This document shows, piece by piece, positions 20,328 through 29,935 of a stretch of 49,587 nt of DNA. The translations under genes and the position numbers were made by a program. The DNA lies in contig JAQBHB010000077.1 in NCBI GenBank assembly GCA_032128115.1, positions 1-49,587 on the forward strand, written 5' to 3'. Within the stretch, counting starts at the first letter, position 1. Each line of letters opens with the position of its first letter. The notes under the pieces are model-generated. The model was given only the letters and a program-made list of their open reading frames with translations, searched no databases and had not been told where the DNA came from. This stretch comes from Deltaproteobacteria bacterium. Lineage in GTDB: Bacteria; Myxococcota_A; UBA9160; SMWR01.

Positions 20328-21608
20328 ATGCAAGGCGATGCTGAGACGGTGGACCTGGTTCCGGTCCACGGAGGGCTTCGCGAGCCCGTGGACCGCGTGG
20401 TGCCCCTGAGCCAGCGGAGCGCCTTCCTGAAGGAGGCCGAGGGGCTGGCCTCGATTCGGGTGACCCGGGCCGACCTGTCTACGGTGCATCGGCTCGCAGA
20501 CGGCGCTCTGTCGCCGCTTACGGGCCCCATGCGCGGGGCCGAGTGGCAGCAGGTGCTCGACGAGAAGCGCATCGAGCGCGGGGGCCGCGCCTACGCCTGG
20601 ACGATTCCCCTGGCGCTGCCCGTCAGTGACGAGGAGGCCGCGGTGCTCTCGCGCGGGGGCTCGGTCGCGGTACGCGAGGAAAACGGTTCGGTCGTCGCCA
20701 TTCTCGACGACCTGGACGTGTTCGACTGGGACAAGGCAGCCTATCTCGAGTCGGTCTACGGTACCAAGCGCACCGATCACCCGGGCGGCCGCGCAGTGGA
20801 GAGCGACGAGCGCAGTCGGCTGCTGGGCGGGGGGCTGCGCGCCCTGCCGCAGGCCTCGCACCCGGAGTACGGCCAGTACATGCTTTCGCCGCGCCAGACC
20901 CGCGTGCTGATCCGCGAGCGCAAGTGGGAGCGCGCCCTGGCGTTCCAGACCCGAAACCCCCTGCATCGGGCTCACGAGTACGCCCTGGTGGCCGGGGCCG
21001 AGCGTCTCACCGGCGCGGGATATTTCACGGGTGTCGTGCTGAACCCGCTGGTGGGAGAGCTCAAGGGCGACGACGTGCCCGCGGCCATGCGCATGCGTTG
21101 CTACCGCGTGCTCCACGACCGGCGCCTGCTCGGGGAGGGCGACAAGGACGAGGCCCTGTGGCTGAAGCGGGGCTACGACATTTCCGAGGTGTTCGAGTTG
21201 ATCGGGCTCGACATCAAGATGTTCTACGGGGGACCCAGCGAGGCGGTGATGCACGCGATCTACCGCCAGAACTACGGCTTCAGCGACCTGGTCATCGGCC
21301 GCAAGCACGCGGACGCGCCCTATGAGGATGGGAGCCCCATCTGGGGCGACTTCGATGCCCAGGAGATCTTCGACGACCTCCAGGGAGAGCTTGCGCTCAG
21401 GCCCTGCAAGATCGGCTTCGCCGCGTTCTATGAATCCATGGGCCGGGTCGACCTGACCGAGAATCATCCCGACGAGAAGCCCCTCACGGTCAGCGGCACC
21501 CGGGTGCGGGAGCAGCTCAAGGCGGGTGAGAGGCCGGATCCCCGCATCATGCGGCCCGAGACCGCCGAGATCCTGATCGAGGCGTACCGCCAGACGCCGG
21601 GTCGCTGA
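20328..21608 (+). CDS. sat: Sulfate adenylyltransferase (ATP sulfurylase)
   Basis: VPVHGG, LSPLTG, FQTRNPLHRAHE, HAIYRQNYGFS..IGRKHA, VSGTRVR, MRPE. Confidence 0.93.
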   Translation: MQGDAETVDLVPVHGGLREPVDRVVPLSQRSAFLKEAEGLASIRVTRADLSTVHRLADGALSPLTGPMRGAEWQQVLDEKRIERGGRAYAWTIPLALPVSDEEAAVLSRGGSVAVREENGSVVAILDDLDVFDWDKAAYLESVYGTKRTDHPGGRAVESDERSRLLGGGLRALPQASHPEYGQYMLSPRQTRVLIRERKWERALAFQTRNPLHRAHEYALVAGAERLTGAGYFTGVVLNPLVGELKGDDVPAAMRMRCYRVLHDRRLLGEGDKDEALWLKRGYDISEVFELIGLDIKMFYGGPSEAVMHAIYRQNYGFSDLVIGRKHADAPYEDGSPIWGDFDAQEIFDDLQGELALRPCKIGFAAFYESMGRVDLTENHPDEKPLTVSGTRVREQLKAGERPDPRIMRPETAEILIEAYRQTPGR

Positions 21609-21610
21609 TC

Positions 21611-22717
21611 GTGCGAATCGGTGTTCCCGGCGAACGCAAGGACCGGGAGTTCCGCGTCGGTATGGTGCCCGACGGGGTGCGCCTGATGGTGAAGGCGGGG
21701 CACCGGGTCGCGGTCGAGCGCGGCGCCGGGGAGGGCAGCGGTCTGCCCGACGAGCAGTTCGAGCGGGCCGGGGCGGAATTGGTGGACGCGGAGGAGGCCT
21801 GGTCCGCCGATCTGGTGGTCAAGGTCAAGGAACCCCAGAGCGACGAAATCGCACGCTTGCGCCCGGAGCAGACGCTCTTCACGTACCTGCATCTGGCCGC
21901 CGCGCCGGACCTGGCCACGGCCCTGCGCGACACCGGAGTGATAGCAATCGCCTACGAGACCATCCGGGATTCCCACGGCGCGTTTCCGGTGCTGGCGCCC
22001 ATGAGCGAGGTGGCCGGCCGGTTGGCGGTCCAGATCGGGGTCAGCCTCCTGCAGAAGGATCGCGGGGGCAAGGGACTGCTGCTTGGCGGGGTGCCCGGCG
22101 TGATGCGCGGTCGCGTCACGGTGGTGGGCGCGGGTACGGTGGGCATCAATGCGGTTCGCGTGGCGCATGCCCTGGGCGCCGAGGTCTACGTGCTCGACGT
22201 GAACCTGAATCGCCTGGGCTACCTCTACGACATCTTTCGCGGCGACCTGAACACGCTCTACTCGAACCGCGCCAACATCGAGCGCGCCGTCCGCGGGAGT
22301 GACCTGGTGGTGGGCGCCGTGTATCTGAGCGGCCGACGGGCGCCGACCCTGGTGACCGAGGACATGATCCGGAGCATGCAGGCCGGATCGGTGGTGGTCG
22401 ACGTTTCGGTGGACCAGGGTGGCTGCGTCGAGACCATCCACGCGACGACCCATTCCGATCCCACGTATCTCGTCCATGACGTGATCCACTACGGGGTCGC
22501 CAACATGCCGGGGGCCGTGCCCCGCACGTCCACGTTCGCCCTGACCAACACCACGCTTCCCTATGTGGAGAGAATGGCGACCGAAGGCATCGAGAACGCG
22601 GTTCGCGCCGATCCGGCCCTGGCCCATGGCGTGAACGTCTGGCGCGGCGAAATCACGTGCGAAGGCGTGGCGGAGTCCCTGGGACTCGCGTATCGGCCCC
22701 TGGAAGAGCTGCTCTAG
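21611..22717 (+). CDS. ald: Alanine dehydrogenase
   Basis: KVKEP, FTYLHLA, PMSEVAGR, DQGGCVET, VANMPGAVPRTST. Confidence 0.97.
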   Translation: MRIGVPGERKDREFRVGMVPDGVRLMVKAGHRVAVERGAGEGSGLPDEQFERAGAELVDAEEAWSADLVVKVKEPQSDEIARLRPEQTLFTYLHLAAAPDLATALRDTGVIAIAYETIRDSHGAFPVLAPMSEVAGRLAVQIGVSLLQKDRGGKGLLLGGVPGVMRGRVTVVGAGTVGINAVRVAHALGAEVYVLDVNLNRLGYLYDIFRGDLNTLYSNRANIERAVRGSDLVVGAVYLSGRRAPTLVTEDMIRSMQAGSVVVDVSVDQGGCVETIHATTHSDPTYLVHDVIHYGVANMPGAVPRTSTFALTNTTLPYVERMATEGIENAVRADPALAHGVNVWRGEITCEGVAESLGLAYRPLEELL

Positions 22718-22740
22718 CTCACCGGGCTGCGCCCCGGGCG

Positions 22741-25029
22741 TCAGACCATCCGGATGCGCGGGCCCCTGGCGCGCGTCATCAGGGAGTCGGAGTCTTCGCC
22801 CTCGGAAGGGAAGACGGCATAGCCGAAGGCCAGAGCCACGCGCACCGGGTCGTTCAGCGAGTCGTTCTTGGCCACCTCGTCGGCCACGGCGCGCGCCATG
22901 GCGAAGACGCGCTCGCCCGGCGCACTTCCCGGCTCGGGCAGCAGGATCGCGAATTCGTCGTTCGATGAGCGGCTCAGCACATCGAAGCCCCGCAGGTTCG
23001 CCTTCAGGGCCTCGGCCGTGTGCTGCATGACCAGGCGCCCGCGAGCCGGGTCCGACGACTGCTCGATCTCCTGGAGGTTCTCGACGCGGCACGTGCAGAC
23101 GGTGAGCGCGCTCTCGCGGTTGCCGGCCCGGGTGATCTCCTCCTGGGTGCGCTGCTTCAGGTAGCTCGCGTCCGGTAGGCCCGTGTCCTCGTCGTAGTTC
23201 TGGTGGCGGCGCGCCTTGGCGTAGAAAAGGGCATTCACCACGGCGCGCTCCAGGTAGGAGACGAACTTGGTGAACATATTCAGGTCTTCGTCGCTGAACG
23301 AGCCGGTGTAGAAGCGATCGGCAATCACCTTGTCGTAGAGCGACAGCGTCCCGATCACGTGGCCGTCGCGCTTGAGGGGCGCCGACATGACGGAGCGGAT
23401 TCCGCACTCGTATTCCCGATAGGCCTCGCTCTCGGAGATCTCGCGCACGAGCAGGGGGCCGCGCCGCTTGATGGCGTCCACCGATACGGTGCGGTCCAGG
23501 CGGAAGAGCTTCTCCTGCTGGCGCCCATCGGCCGAACCGAAGTACGAGCGGATCACGTAGCGGCGGGTCTGGTCGTCCTGCAGGCGCAGGATGGCGTGGT
23601 CGGCCTCCAGAGCCATGGCAGCACCCGAAGCGCCCAGGCGCAGCACGTCGGCAGGATCCGTGGTGGAGATCATGCGAATGCCGGTGTCGTTGATGGCACT
23701 GACCTTCACGGACCGCTCCGCCAGGCGGGCCTGGTGGGAGACCGTCTGGATCTCGTCGGCCGCGGCGCTGGCCACCTCCGCCAGAACGTCCTCCAGGAAC
23801 GGCGCCACCGGCAGCTCGTGGCCGACCTGGACGCTCAAGACACCGGCCAGGTCGTTCCCCGCCACCAGGGGCAGGGCGGCGTACGCCAGCGAGCCGTTCT
23901 TGTCGCGCAGGAAGTCGGGCTCGCGTGTGCTGGCGACGCGGCCGTCGATGCCCTGGCCCAGGGCGATCCGGTACTCGCCTCCCAGTCTTCCGCCCTCGAG
24001 CGACGTGGCGGACAGGCGCAGATTCGACTCGTCCGGGTCGAACAGGTAGATGCTGGAGATGCCGCGGCCCGTGCGGTCGCACACGTGGTGGCACAGCTTC
24101 GTGAGTCGCTCGTGGAGCGGTGCGGTTCCCGACAGGATCTGGCTCACGTCGCGCGCCGCTGAGTAGCGGGTGGCCTGCGAGCGCATCACGGTGTGCTCCT
24201 GGGCCCGTGCGATGATCTGGGCGTCCAGATGCGCAAGCTGCTCCATGAAGGCCAGGTCGGATTCGGAGAACGCATCGGAGCGGGTTGCGTGGTGCAGGTT
24301 CAGGACGCCAAGCACCACGCCTTCGTGAATCAACGGCACCGACAGGGCCGACTCCACGTCGAGCCGCTCCTGGACAATCTGGAAGGTCTTGCGGTCGGCT
24401 TTTCCGCGCAGGCGCAGCGGTCGCGCCTCGGCTGCCACGCGCCCCGCGATGCCCTCGCCGATGCGAACCCGGATCTTGGGCCAAAGCTCCGGCTCCACAC
24501 CGGCGGCCACCCGAACGCGCAGCTCCTGGGCGGCTTGATCCACGAGCATCACCGACCCGCCGTCGGCGCCGGTCACGCTGATCGCGATCTCGAGCATGCG
24601 CTGGAAGAGCTCATCCGCATCGATGGTGAGGTTGTACGACTCCACCACCTCGTGCAGGGCCTGCAGCAGATCGCTCTTGCGGTCGGACGAGGTGGCTCCG
24701 TAGCCCCACAGCAGCCGGGCCATGAGCGGCGTGACCACCTGCACGCCGCGCTCCGCAACTTCGGGAAAGCGGGTCGTGAAATCGGACTCGCTGCTCGCAT
24801 CGATCACGGCCGCCAGGTGCCGGTCGCCCGCCAGGGCCGCCGGGTCGTCGCAGAGCTTTGCCTCCAACACCGCGGCCAGGTCGGGCTCGAAGTGCAGCAG
24901 CCGCTCGCGCAGGCCGGCGGCGTCGGCGTCGTAGACCGCGCCGATCTCCACGCTCGGATTCTCCGTCAGGAGCGGGATCAGCTGGAGCGCCTCTTCCGAC
25001 GCTCCGTAGATGCCGACGAGCTTGCGCAT
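22741..25029 (-). CDS. Multi-GAF protein with degenerate GGDEF domain (SNDEF) and intact RxxD I-site
   Basis: GAF motifs (IGEGIAGRVA/SVPL, LGQGIDGRVA, SVMSAPL..IGTL); C-terminal DEDTGL...LRGFDVLSRSSNDEFAILLP...FGYAVFP. Confidence 0.85.
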   Translation of the reverse strand: MRKLVGIYGASEEALQLIPLLTENPSVEIGAVYDADAAGLRERLLHFEPDLAAVLEAKLCDDPAALAGDRHLAAVIDASSESDFTTRFPEVAERGVQVVTPLMARLLWGYGATSSDRKSDLLQALHEVVESYNLTIDADELFQRMLEIAISVTGADGGSVMLVDQAAQELRVRVAAGVEPELWPKIRVRIGEGIAGRVAAEARPLRLRGKADRKTFQIVQERLDVESALSVPLIHEGVVLGVLNLHHATRSDAFSESDLAFMEQLAHLDAQIIARAQEHTVMRSQATRYSAARDVSQILSGTAPLHERLTKLCHHVCDRTGRGISSIYLFDPDESNLRLSATSLEGGRLGGEYRIALGQGIDGRVASTREPDFLRDKNGSLAYAALPLVAGNDLAGVLSVQVGHELPVAPFLEDVLAEVASAAADEIQTVSHQARLAERSVKVSAINDTGIRMISTTDPADVLRLGASGAAMALEADHAILRLQDDQTRRYVIRSYFGSADGRQQEKLFRLDRTVSVDAIKRRGPLLVREISESEAYREYECGIRSVMSAPLKRDGHVIGTLSLYDKVIADRFYTGSFSDEDLNMFTKFVSYLERAVVNALFYAKARRHQNYDEDTGLPDASYLKQRTQEEITRAGNRESALTVCTCRVENLQEIEQSSDPARGRLVMQHTAEALKANLRGFDVLSRSSNDEFAILLPEPGSAPGERVFAMARAVADEVAKNDSLNDPVRVALAFGYAVFPSEGEDSDSLMTRARGPRIRMV

Positions 25030-25967
25030 TACGACCGTTCGTCGAGGAGGGGTTCCAGCTGGATGGTGAGAAGCAGGGTCGAGGTGTGCCCCTCGGTGTC
25101 GCCTAGAACCACCGGCACGCGTACCGCCCGGTCGCCTGCCCGGGTCGCCTCTCCCACCGATACGATCGAGATCTGGGAGCCCAGATGGACTCCCGTCGAC
25201 GGCTCGAGCACGGCGATGGGCTCCAGCATCGGAGCCTCGAGCAGTTCCGGGTCGGATTCGATGCCCAGGGGGTTCGTCTCGCGCCCCTCCTCGAGAATCG
25301 CCGCCTCCATGAGCTCGGCCGGGCTCGGGACGGCCCTCTGCGGCGCGCTCGGCGCCGGCGGCGGGGTGGGGCGTGGCCCCGGGTCGGGCTGCCCACGAAG
25401 GCTTCCGACCACGCGCTTCGAGATCGTCGAGAGCGTTTCCAGCACACCCGTTCCCTCGCTGGCCACCGCCTGGAAGACCGGGATGCCCGTCAGCTCGAGC
25501 TTCCGGTAGAGGTCCTCGGCCGCATACGGATCCGCCAGGTCGCGCTTGTTGTATTGCACCACCATGGGAACGTCGCGGGGCGAGCGTCCGTAGTCGGCAA
25601 GGGCCTGACGCAGCTCGTCGAAGCTCTCCACGTTCTCTTCGATGCGGTGACCCTGGGAATCGATCACCAGCACGATGCCGTCGACCTCGTCGAGCAGCTG
25701 CTTGCGGGTGGGCGCCTGATCCGGTGCGCCGGGTACCTCCACGATCTGGATGCGCGTGCGAACACCGGCGATCTCGCCAAGCTCGATGGGGAGCATCTGG
25801 AAGTTCACGGTGGGATCGAGCCGCGTGGGAACCTGTCGCATCTCGCCGCGGTGGTCCGGGCGCAGGCGCGCGTACACGGCCTCCAGGTTGGCGGACTTTC
25901 CGGCGCCCTGGATGCCCCAGTAGACGATCCGGGCGTCCACGCCGGATTCGACATTCGCCCGGGCCAT
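25029..25967 (-). CDS. MglA-family small GTPase paralogue with C-terminal extension
   Basis: RIVYWGIQGAGKS, LPIELGEIAG.RTR, VPG, RKQLLDEVDGIVLVIDSQ, QYNKRDL, QAVA, collinear with Myxococcus MglA; TGATG coupling to the upstream gene. Confidence 0.88.
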   Translation of the reverse strand: MARANVESGVDARIVYWGIQGAGKSANLEAVYARLRPDHRGEMRQVPTRLDPTVNFQMLPIELGEIAGVRTRIQIVEVPGAPDQAPTRKQLLDEVDGIVLVIDSQGHRIEENVESFDELRQALADYGRSPRDVPMVVQYNKRDLADPYAAEDLYRKLELTGIPVFQAVASEGTGVLETLSTISKRVVGSLRGQPDPGPRPTPPPAPSAPQRAVPSPAELMEAAILEEGRETNPLGIESDPELLEAPMLEPIAVLEPSTGVHLGSQISIVSVGEATRAGDRAVRVPVVLGDTEGHTSTLLLTIQLEPLLDERS

Positions 25968-27055
25968 CAGAGCTTCCCCTTCTTCATGAGGATGCGGCGG
26001 GCGTGGGTGGAGATCACCGTTGGAATGTCCTTGCTCCGCATGAGCTGGCGCAGGTCCTTGTCCTGGAGATAGTTGACGTACTTCATGGCGTCGGCCTGCG
26101 GGCAGCGGGGGTTCGTGGCCAGGGAGAGCTTCACCTGATAGTTGCGGGTCCATTCGCGGTTGCGCGAGATCGTGCGAAGTACGTCTTCGGACACGTTTCG
26201 CGAAGCGGCGATGCTCGCCACCTCGCTGTCGCCCATCTTCGGGCTCATGATCGCGGCCATGGCGATCACCCGATTGCGGTCGCGCACCAGCAGGTTGCGG
26301 GCCTCCTTGTTGCCCACGCGCGCCAGCTTGATCTTCTGGACGATGGTCATCCTCTGGATCAGGGAGTACATGGAGTCGCTGACGTCCGCGGTGTCGCCGC
26401 CGTTCGGCGCAACGTCCTCCTCGCGATCCTCCACCAGTTCCCGGGCGAACGCGCCCAACTCTTCGCCGAGCACGGCGCGCAGGGCGGCCGCGGCCTCCGT
26501 GTCGCTGATTTCCTCGCTGCTGCGCTCGGCGCTTTCGCCGACGCCATCCACTCCCAGGAAGCTCAGGATGCGCTCGATCACCGAGCGGCCGGTCAGGGGA
26601 TTCGAGCCCAGGGCCTCCACGATTTCGGAGCAGCGGAGCATGCGCGCCTGGTTGTTGGAGATGATGTCGACGATCGACTTGTAGGGCAGGGTCGCCAGGA
26701 ACGCGACGGTGGTGTCGTCGGTGGCCGGATTCAGGGCGATCTTCTCCAGGCGCGGGGGGTTCTCCCTGAAGGCGTGGGCCAGGTGGGAGATGACGGAGGG
26801 GTGGGTCTGGCCAGTGAGCACCGTGTCGCACACGCTGTCCGGCAGCGACTCCAGGCTGTTGCGCGCCAGCGACTTGATCTCGGCATCGGAGTCGTGGTGC
26901 AGGACGAACAGCACCGTGGCCAGTTCGATGGGCGGGAGGGGCAGGGCGCCTCGCGCGGCCATGAGCCGGGCCTCACGCGGCGCGTCGCTGCGGGCATAAC
27001 GCTCTGCCTGGGGCGACAGCTTGAGTTGGATCTTGCGCGGTTCGTTGCCCGACAC
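25967..27055 (-). CDS. Conserved hypothetical alpha-helical repeat protein
   Basis: 362 aa with repeated ALNP/SNP/TNP helical units and QKIKLA..GNKEAR..LVRD motif; tightly coupled in the operon. Confidence 0.8.
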   Translation of the reverse strand: MSGNEPRKIQLKLSPQAERYARSDAPREARLMAARGALPLPPIELATVLFVLHHDSDAEIKSLARNSLESLPDSVCDTVLTGQTHPSVISHLAHAFRENPPRLEKIALNPATDDTTVAFLATLPYKSIVDIISNNQARMLRCSEIVEALGSNPLTGRSVIERILSFLGVDGVGESAERSSEEISDTEAAAALRAVLGEELGAFARELVEDREEDVAPNGGDTADVSDSMYSLIQRMTIVQKIKLARVGNKEARNLLVRDRNRVIAMAAIMSPKMGDSEVASIAASRNVSEDVLRTISRNREWTRNYQVKLSLATNPRCPQADAMKYVNYLQDKDLRQLMRSKDIPTVISTHARRILMKKGKL

Positions 27056-27068
27056 GTTTTCCTGTTTC

Positions 27069-29120
27069 CTAATTGGCCTTCGCGGCCTGGGCCTCGGTCA
27101 CGACCTTTTCGCGCATATGGGAGGGCATCTCCTCGTAGTGCGAGAACGACATGTGGAACTCGCCCTGGCCTCCGGTCATGCTGGTGAGGGTGCTCGCGTA
27201 CTCCAGCATCTCCACCATGGGCACCTGGGCCTGGATCACCTGGGTGGAGCCGCGGGCCTCGCTGGACTGCACGCGGCCGCGCCGGCTCGAGATGTCGCCC
27301 ATGACGTCACCGACGAAGTCGCTGGGCGCCGAGATGTCCACGTCCATGATGGGCTCGAGCAGCGTGGGGCCGGCCTGCTCGACCGCAGCCTTGAAACCGA
27401 AGGCGCCGGCCAGCTTGAAGGCCATCTCATTGGAGTCCACGGGGTGGTGTTTGCCGTCGATGCAGTGAACGCGGATGTCGACCACCGGGTAGCCCGCCAA
27501 GGGTCCGGCGATGCAGGACTCCTGGACGCCCTTCTCCACGGCCGGGATCAGGCTCCGGGGGATCGCACCACCCTTGATGTCGTCCACGAACTCGATGCCT
27601 TCGCCCCGCGCCTTGGGCTCGACGGTCAGGTAGCAGACGCCGAACATCCCCTTGCCCCCCGTCTGCTTCTTGAGCTTGCCTTCTACGTTCTCGGCCCGGC
27701 GCGTGATGGTCTCGCGATAGGGGACCTTGGGTGTCCTCAGCTCGACGTCGACCCCGAACACGCGCTGTAGCTTCTGGACCGTGACGCGGACGTGGAGCTC
27801 GCCCATGCCCGTGAGGAGAAATTCCCCCGTGGAGGCCTCGCGCCCCAACTGGAGCGTCGGATCCTCTTCCACGAGTCGGCCGAGCGAAGCGTAAACTTTA
27901 TCCTCATCCCCCTTTGATTTCGCCTGGATGGCATAGGAAATGACACCCTGGGGAATCGGGATCGGGGGCAGCGCCACGCCTCCCTTTTCGGCCGTCAGGG
28001 CATCTCCCGTATGCACGTGCTTGAACTTGGCGGCCGCCACCACATCGCCCGGGCCGGCCCGGGAAACGTCCTTGTGCTCGCCTCCCTGCAGCAGCAGCAG
28101 CTTGCCCACCCGCTCCCTGCTCCCGGTGGTGGCGTCCAGGATGGCCGAATCCGGCGCCAGGGTGCCCGACACCACCCGGAATACCGACAGGGAGCCGGCG
28201 TAACGGTCGATCACGGTCTTGAAGACCAGGGCCGAAAATGTCCCCGCGGGGTCCGCCTCGATCTCGCCGTCGCCTTCGGCGGGTTTCCGGCCGGTCCGAT
28301 CGGAAGGGGAGGGCAGCAACTCGGCGATGGCCCGGAGCACCCGGTCCACGCCCACCCGACTCAGGCTCGAGCCACACAGGACCGGCAGGATCTGGCGGTT
28401 GCGCACCCCCGCCACCAGGCCCTGGATCACGTCGTCCTGGCCGAGCTCACCCTCCTCCAGGTATTTCTCCAACAGGCTGTCGTCGCACTCGGCCACGGAT
28501 TCCACCAGCCGATTGCGGGCGTCGGCCACCTCTTCCGCCAGCTCGGCCGGGACCTCGGATTCGCCCTCCGCCGTCACGGCCTTCAGGGTCACCAGGTCCA
28601 CCACGCCCTCCCGACCGTCCTGGCTGACCATGGGCAGGGTCAGCACCACAGGGTTGGCCTCCATCTTCCGCAGCGACTCCACGGCCCCGGCGAAATCGGC
28701 TCGCTCCCGATCGATGCCACTCACGAATGTCAGGCACGGGATCTCGAGGGATTGGGCGCAGCGGAACATTCGCTCGGTTCCCACCTTCACCCCGTCCACC
28801 GCGTTCACCACCAGCACCGCGGAATCCAGGGCGGCCAGGGCGATCTGGCCGTCGGCCTGGAAGTTCGAGTCGCCCGGCGTGTCCACCAGCGTGAAGTGCA
28901 GCCCGTTCGAATCGAAGCCGAAGACCGATGAGCTGATCGAGGAGTGGCGCTTGCGCTCCTCGGGAAGCCAATCCAGATTCGAGCTGCCGTCGTCCACCGC
29001 GCCCAGGACCGGCGTTGCACCCGCCAGGTGGAGAATCGCTTCGCCCAGGGACGTCTTTCCGTCACCCGCGTGGCCGATCAGGGCGAAGTTTCGAGTGTCA
29101 CGGACGCTGACGTCGTTCAT
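27069..29120 (-). CDS. Elongation factor G paralogue (EF-G2-like)
   Basis: RNFALIGHAGDGKTS, DTPG, EEDPT, GMGELH, PKVPYRETI, KKQTGG, HPVDSNE, LLEPIM; G2/G3/G4 motifs divergent. Confidence 0.93.
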   Translation of the reverse strand: MNDVSVRDTRNFALIGHAGDGKTSLGEAILHLAGATPVLGAVDDGSSNLDWLPEERKRHSSISSSVFGFDSNGLHFTLVDTPGDSNFQADGQIALAALDSAVLVVNAVDGVKVGTERMFRCAQSLEIPCLTFVSGIDRERADFAGAVESLRKMEANPVVLTLPMVSQDGREGVVDLVTLKAVTAEGESEVPAELAEEVADARNRLVESVAECDDSLLEKYLEEGELGQDDVIQGLVAGVRNRQILPVLCGSSLSRVGVDRVLRAIAELLPSPSDRTGRKPAEGDGEIEADPAGTFSALVFKTVIDRYAGSLSVFRVVSGTLAPDSAILDATTGSRERVGKLLLLQGGEHKDVSRAGPGDVVAAAKFKHVHTGDALTAEKGGVALPPIPIPQGVISYAIQAKSKGDEDKVYASLGRLVEEDPTLQLGREASTGEFLLTGMGELHVRVTVQKLQRVFGVDVELRTPKVPYRETITRRAENVEGKLKKQTGGKGMFGVCYLTVEPKARGEGIEFVDDIKGGAIPRSLIPAVEKGVQESCIAGPLAGYPVVDIRVHCIDGKHHPVDSNEMAFKLAGAFGFKAAVEQAGPTLLEPIMDVDISAPSDFVGDVMGDISSRRGRVQSSEARGSTQVIQAQVPMVEMLEYASTLTSMTGGQGEFHMSFSHYEEMPSHMREKVVTEAQAAKAN

Positions 29121-29143
29121 TGGGGCAACTCCATTCCCGGGGC

Positions 29144-29935
29144 CTAGGGGCCGGGTCGATTCTTCTCGAAGACGAGGCGCAGTCCTTCCAGCGTGAGATA
29201 CGGCTCGACGCGATCGATGGTGCGGCTCTCGTGGGCCACCCGATGGGCGAGCCCGCCGGTGGCGACCACGCGGGCGTCGGCGCCCAGCTCACCGCGGATG
29301 CGTTCGACCATGGAATCCACCACACCCGCGAAGCCGTAGAGCAGACCCGATTGCAGGGCCGCGGTGGTGGTCTTTCCGATCACCGATTTGGGTCGGCTGA
29401 TCTCGACCCGGTGGAGCATGGACGCGCGTTCGAACAACGCCTCCATGGAGGTGTGGATGCCCGGGAAGATCGCGCCGCCCAGGTACTCGCCCTCCTTCGA
29501 GATACAGTCGAAGGTCGTGGCGGTCCCGAAGTCCACCGCGATCACCGGGCCTCCCAGCATCTCGAAGGCGGCCAATGAATTCACGATGCGGTCGGCACCC
29601 ACCTCGCGAGGGTTCTCGTAGCGAACCGGCATGCCCGTGCGGATGCCCGGCCCGACTACCAGCGGCGGGCCCCCGAACAGTTTGACGCAGACGCGCTCCC
29701 AGATGGGCAGCACGGGGGGGACGACGCTGGAGATCACCACGTCGGTGACGCTGGCACAGCTGCGCGCCTCGTTCTCGAACAGGCCGCGCAGGGTGAGTCC
29801 CACCTCGTCGGATGTCTGCTCCCGGTGGGTGCCGGTGCGCCAATGGTGGGCCAGCTCGCCGCGTTCTCCTGCGTAGTCGAACAGACCGATCGAGACGTTG
29901 GTATTGCCGATATCGACGACCAGCAGTGTCGTCAC
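29144..29935 (-). CDS. coaX: Type III pantothenate kinase
   Basis: VDIGNTN, SSVVP, EVGADR, VDFGTATT, GGAIFPG, ATGG. Confidence 0.97.
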   Translation of the reverse strand: MTTLLVVDIGNTNVSIGLFDYAGERGELAHHWRTGTHREQTSDEVGLTLRGLFENEARSCASVTDVVISSVVPPVLPIWERVCVKLFGGPPLVVGPGIRTGMPVRYENPREVGADRIVNSLAAFEMLGGPVIAVDFGTATTFDCISKEGEYLGGAIFPGIHTSMEALFERASMLHRVEISRPKSVIGKTTTAALQSGLLYGFAGVVDSMVERIRGELGADARVVATGGLAHRVAHESRTIDRVEPYLTLEGLRLVFEKNRPGP

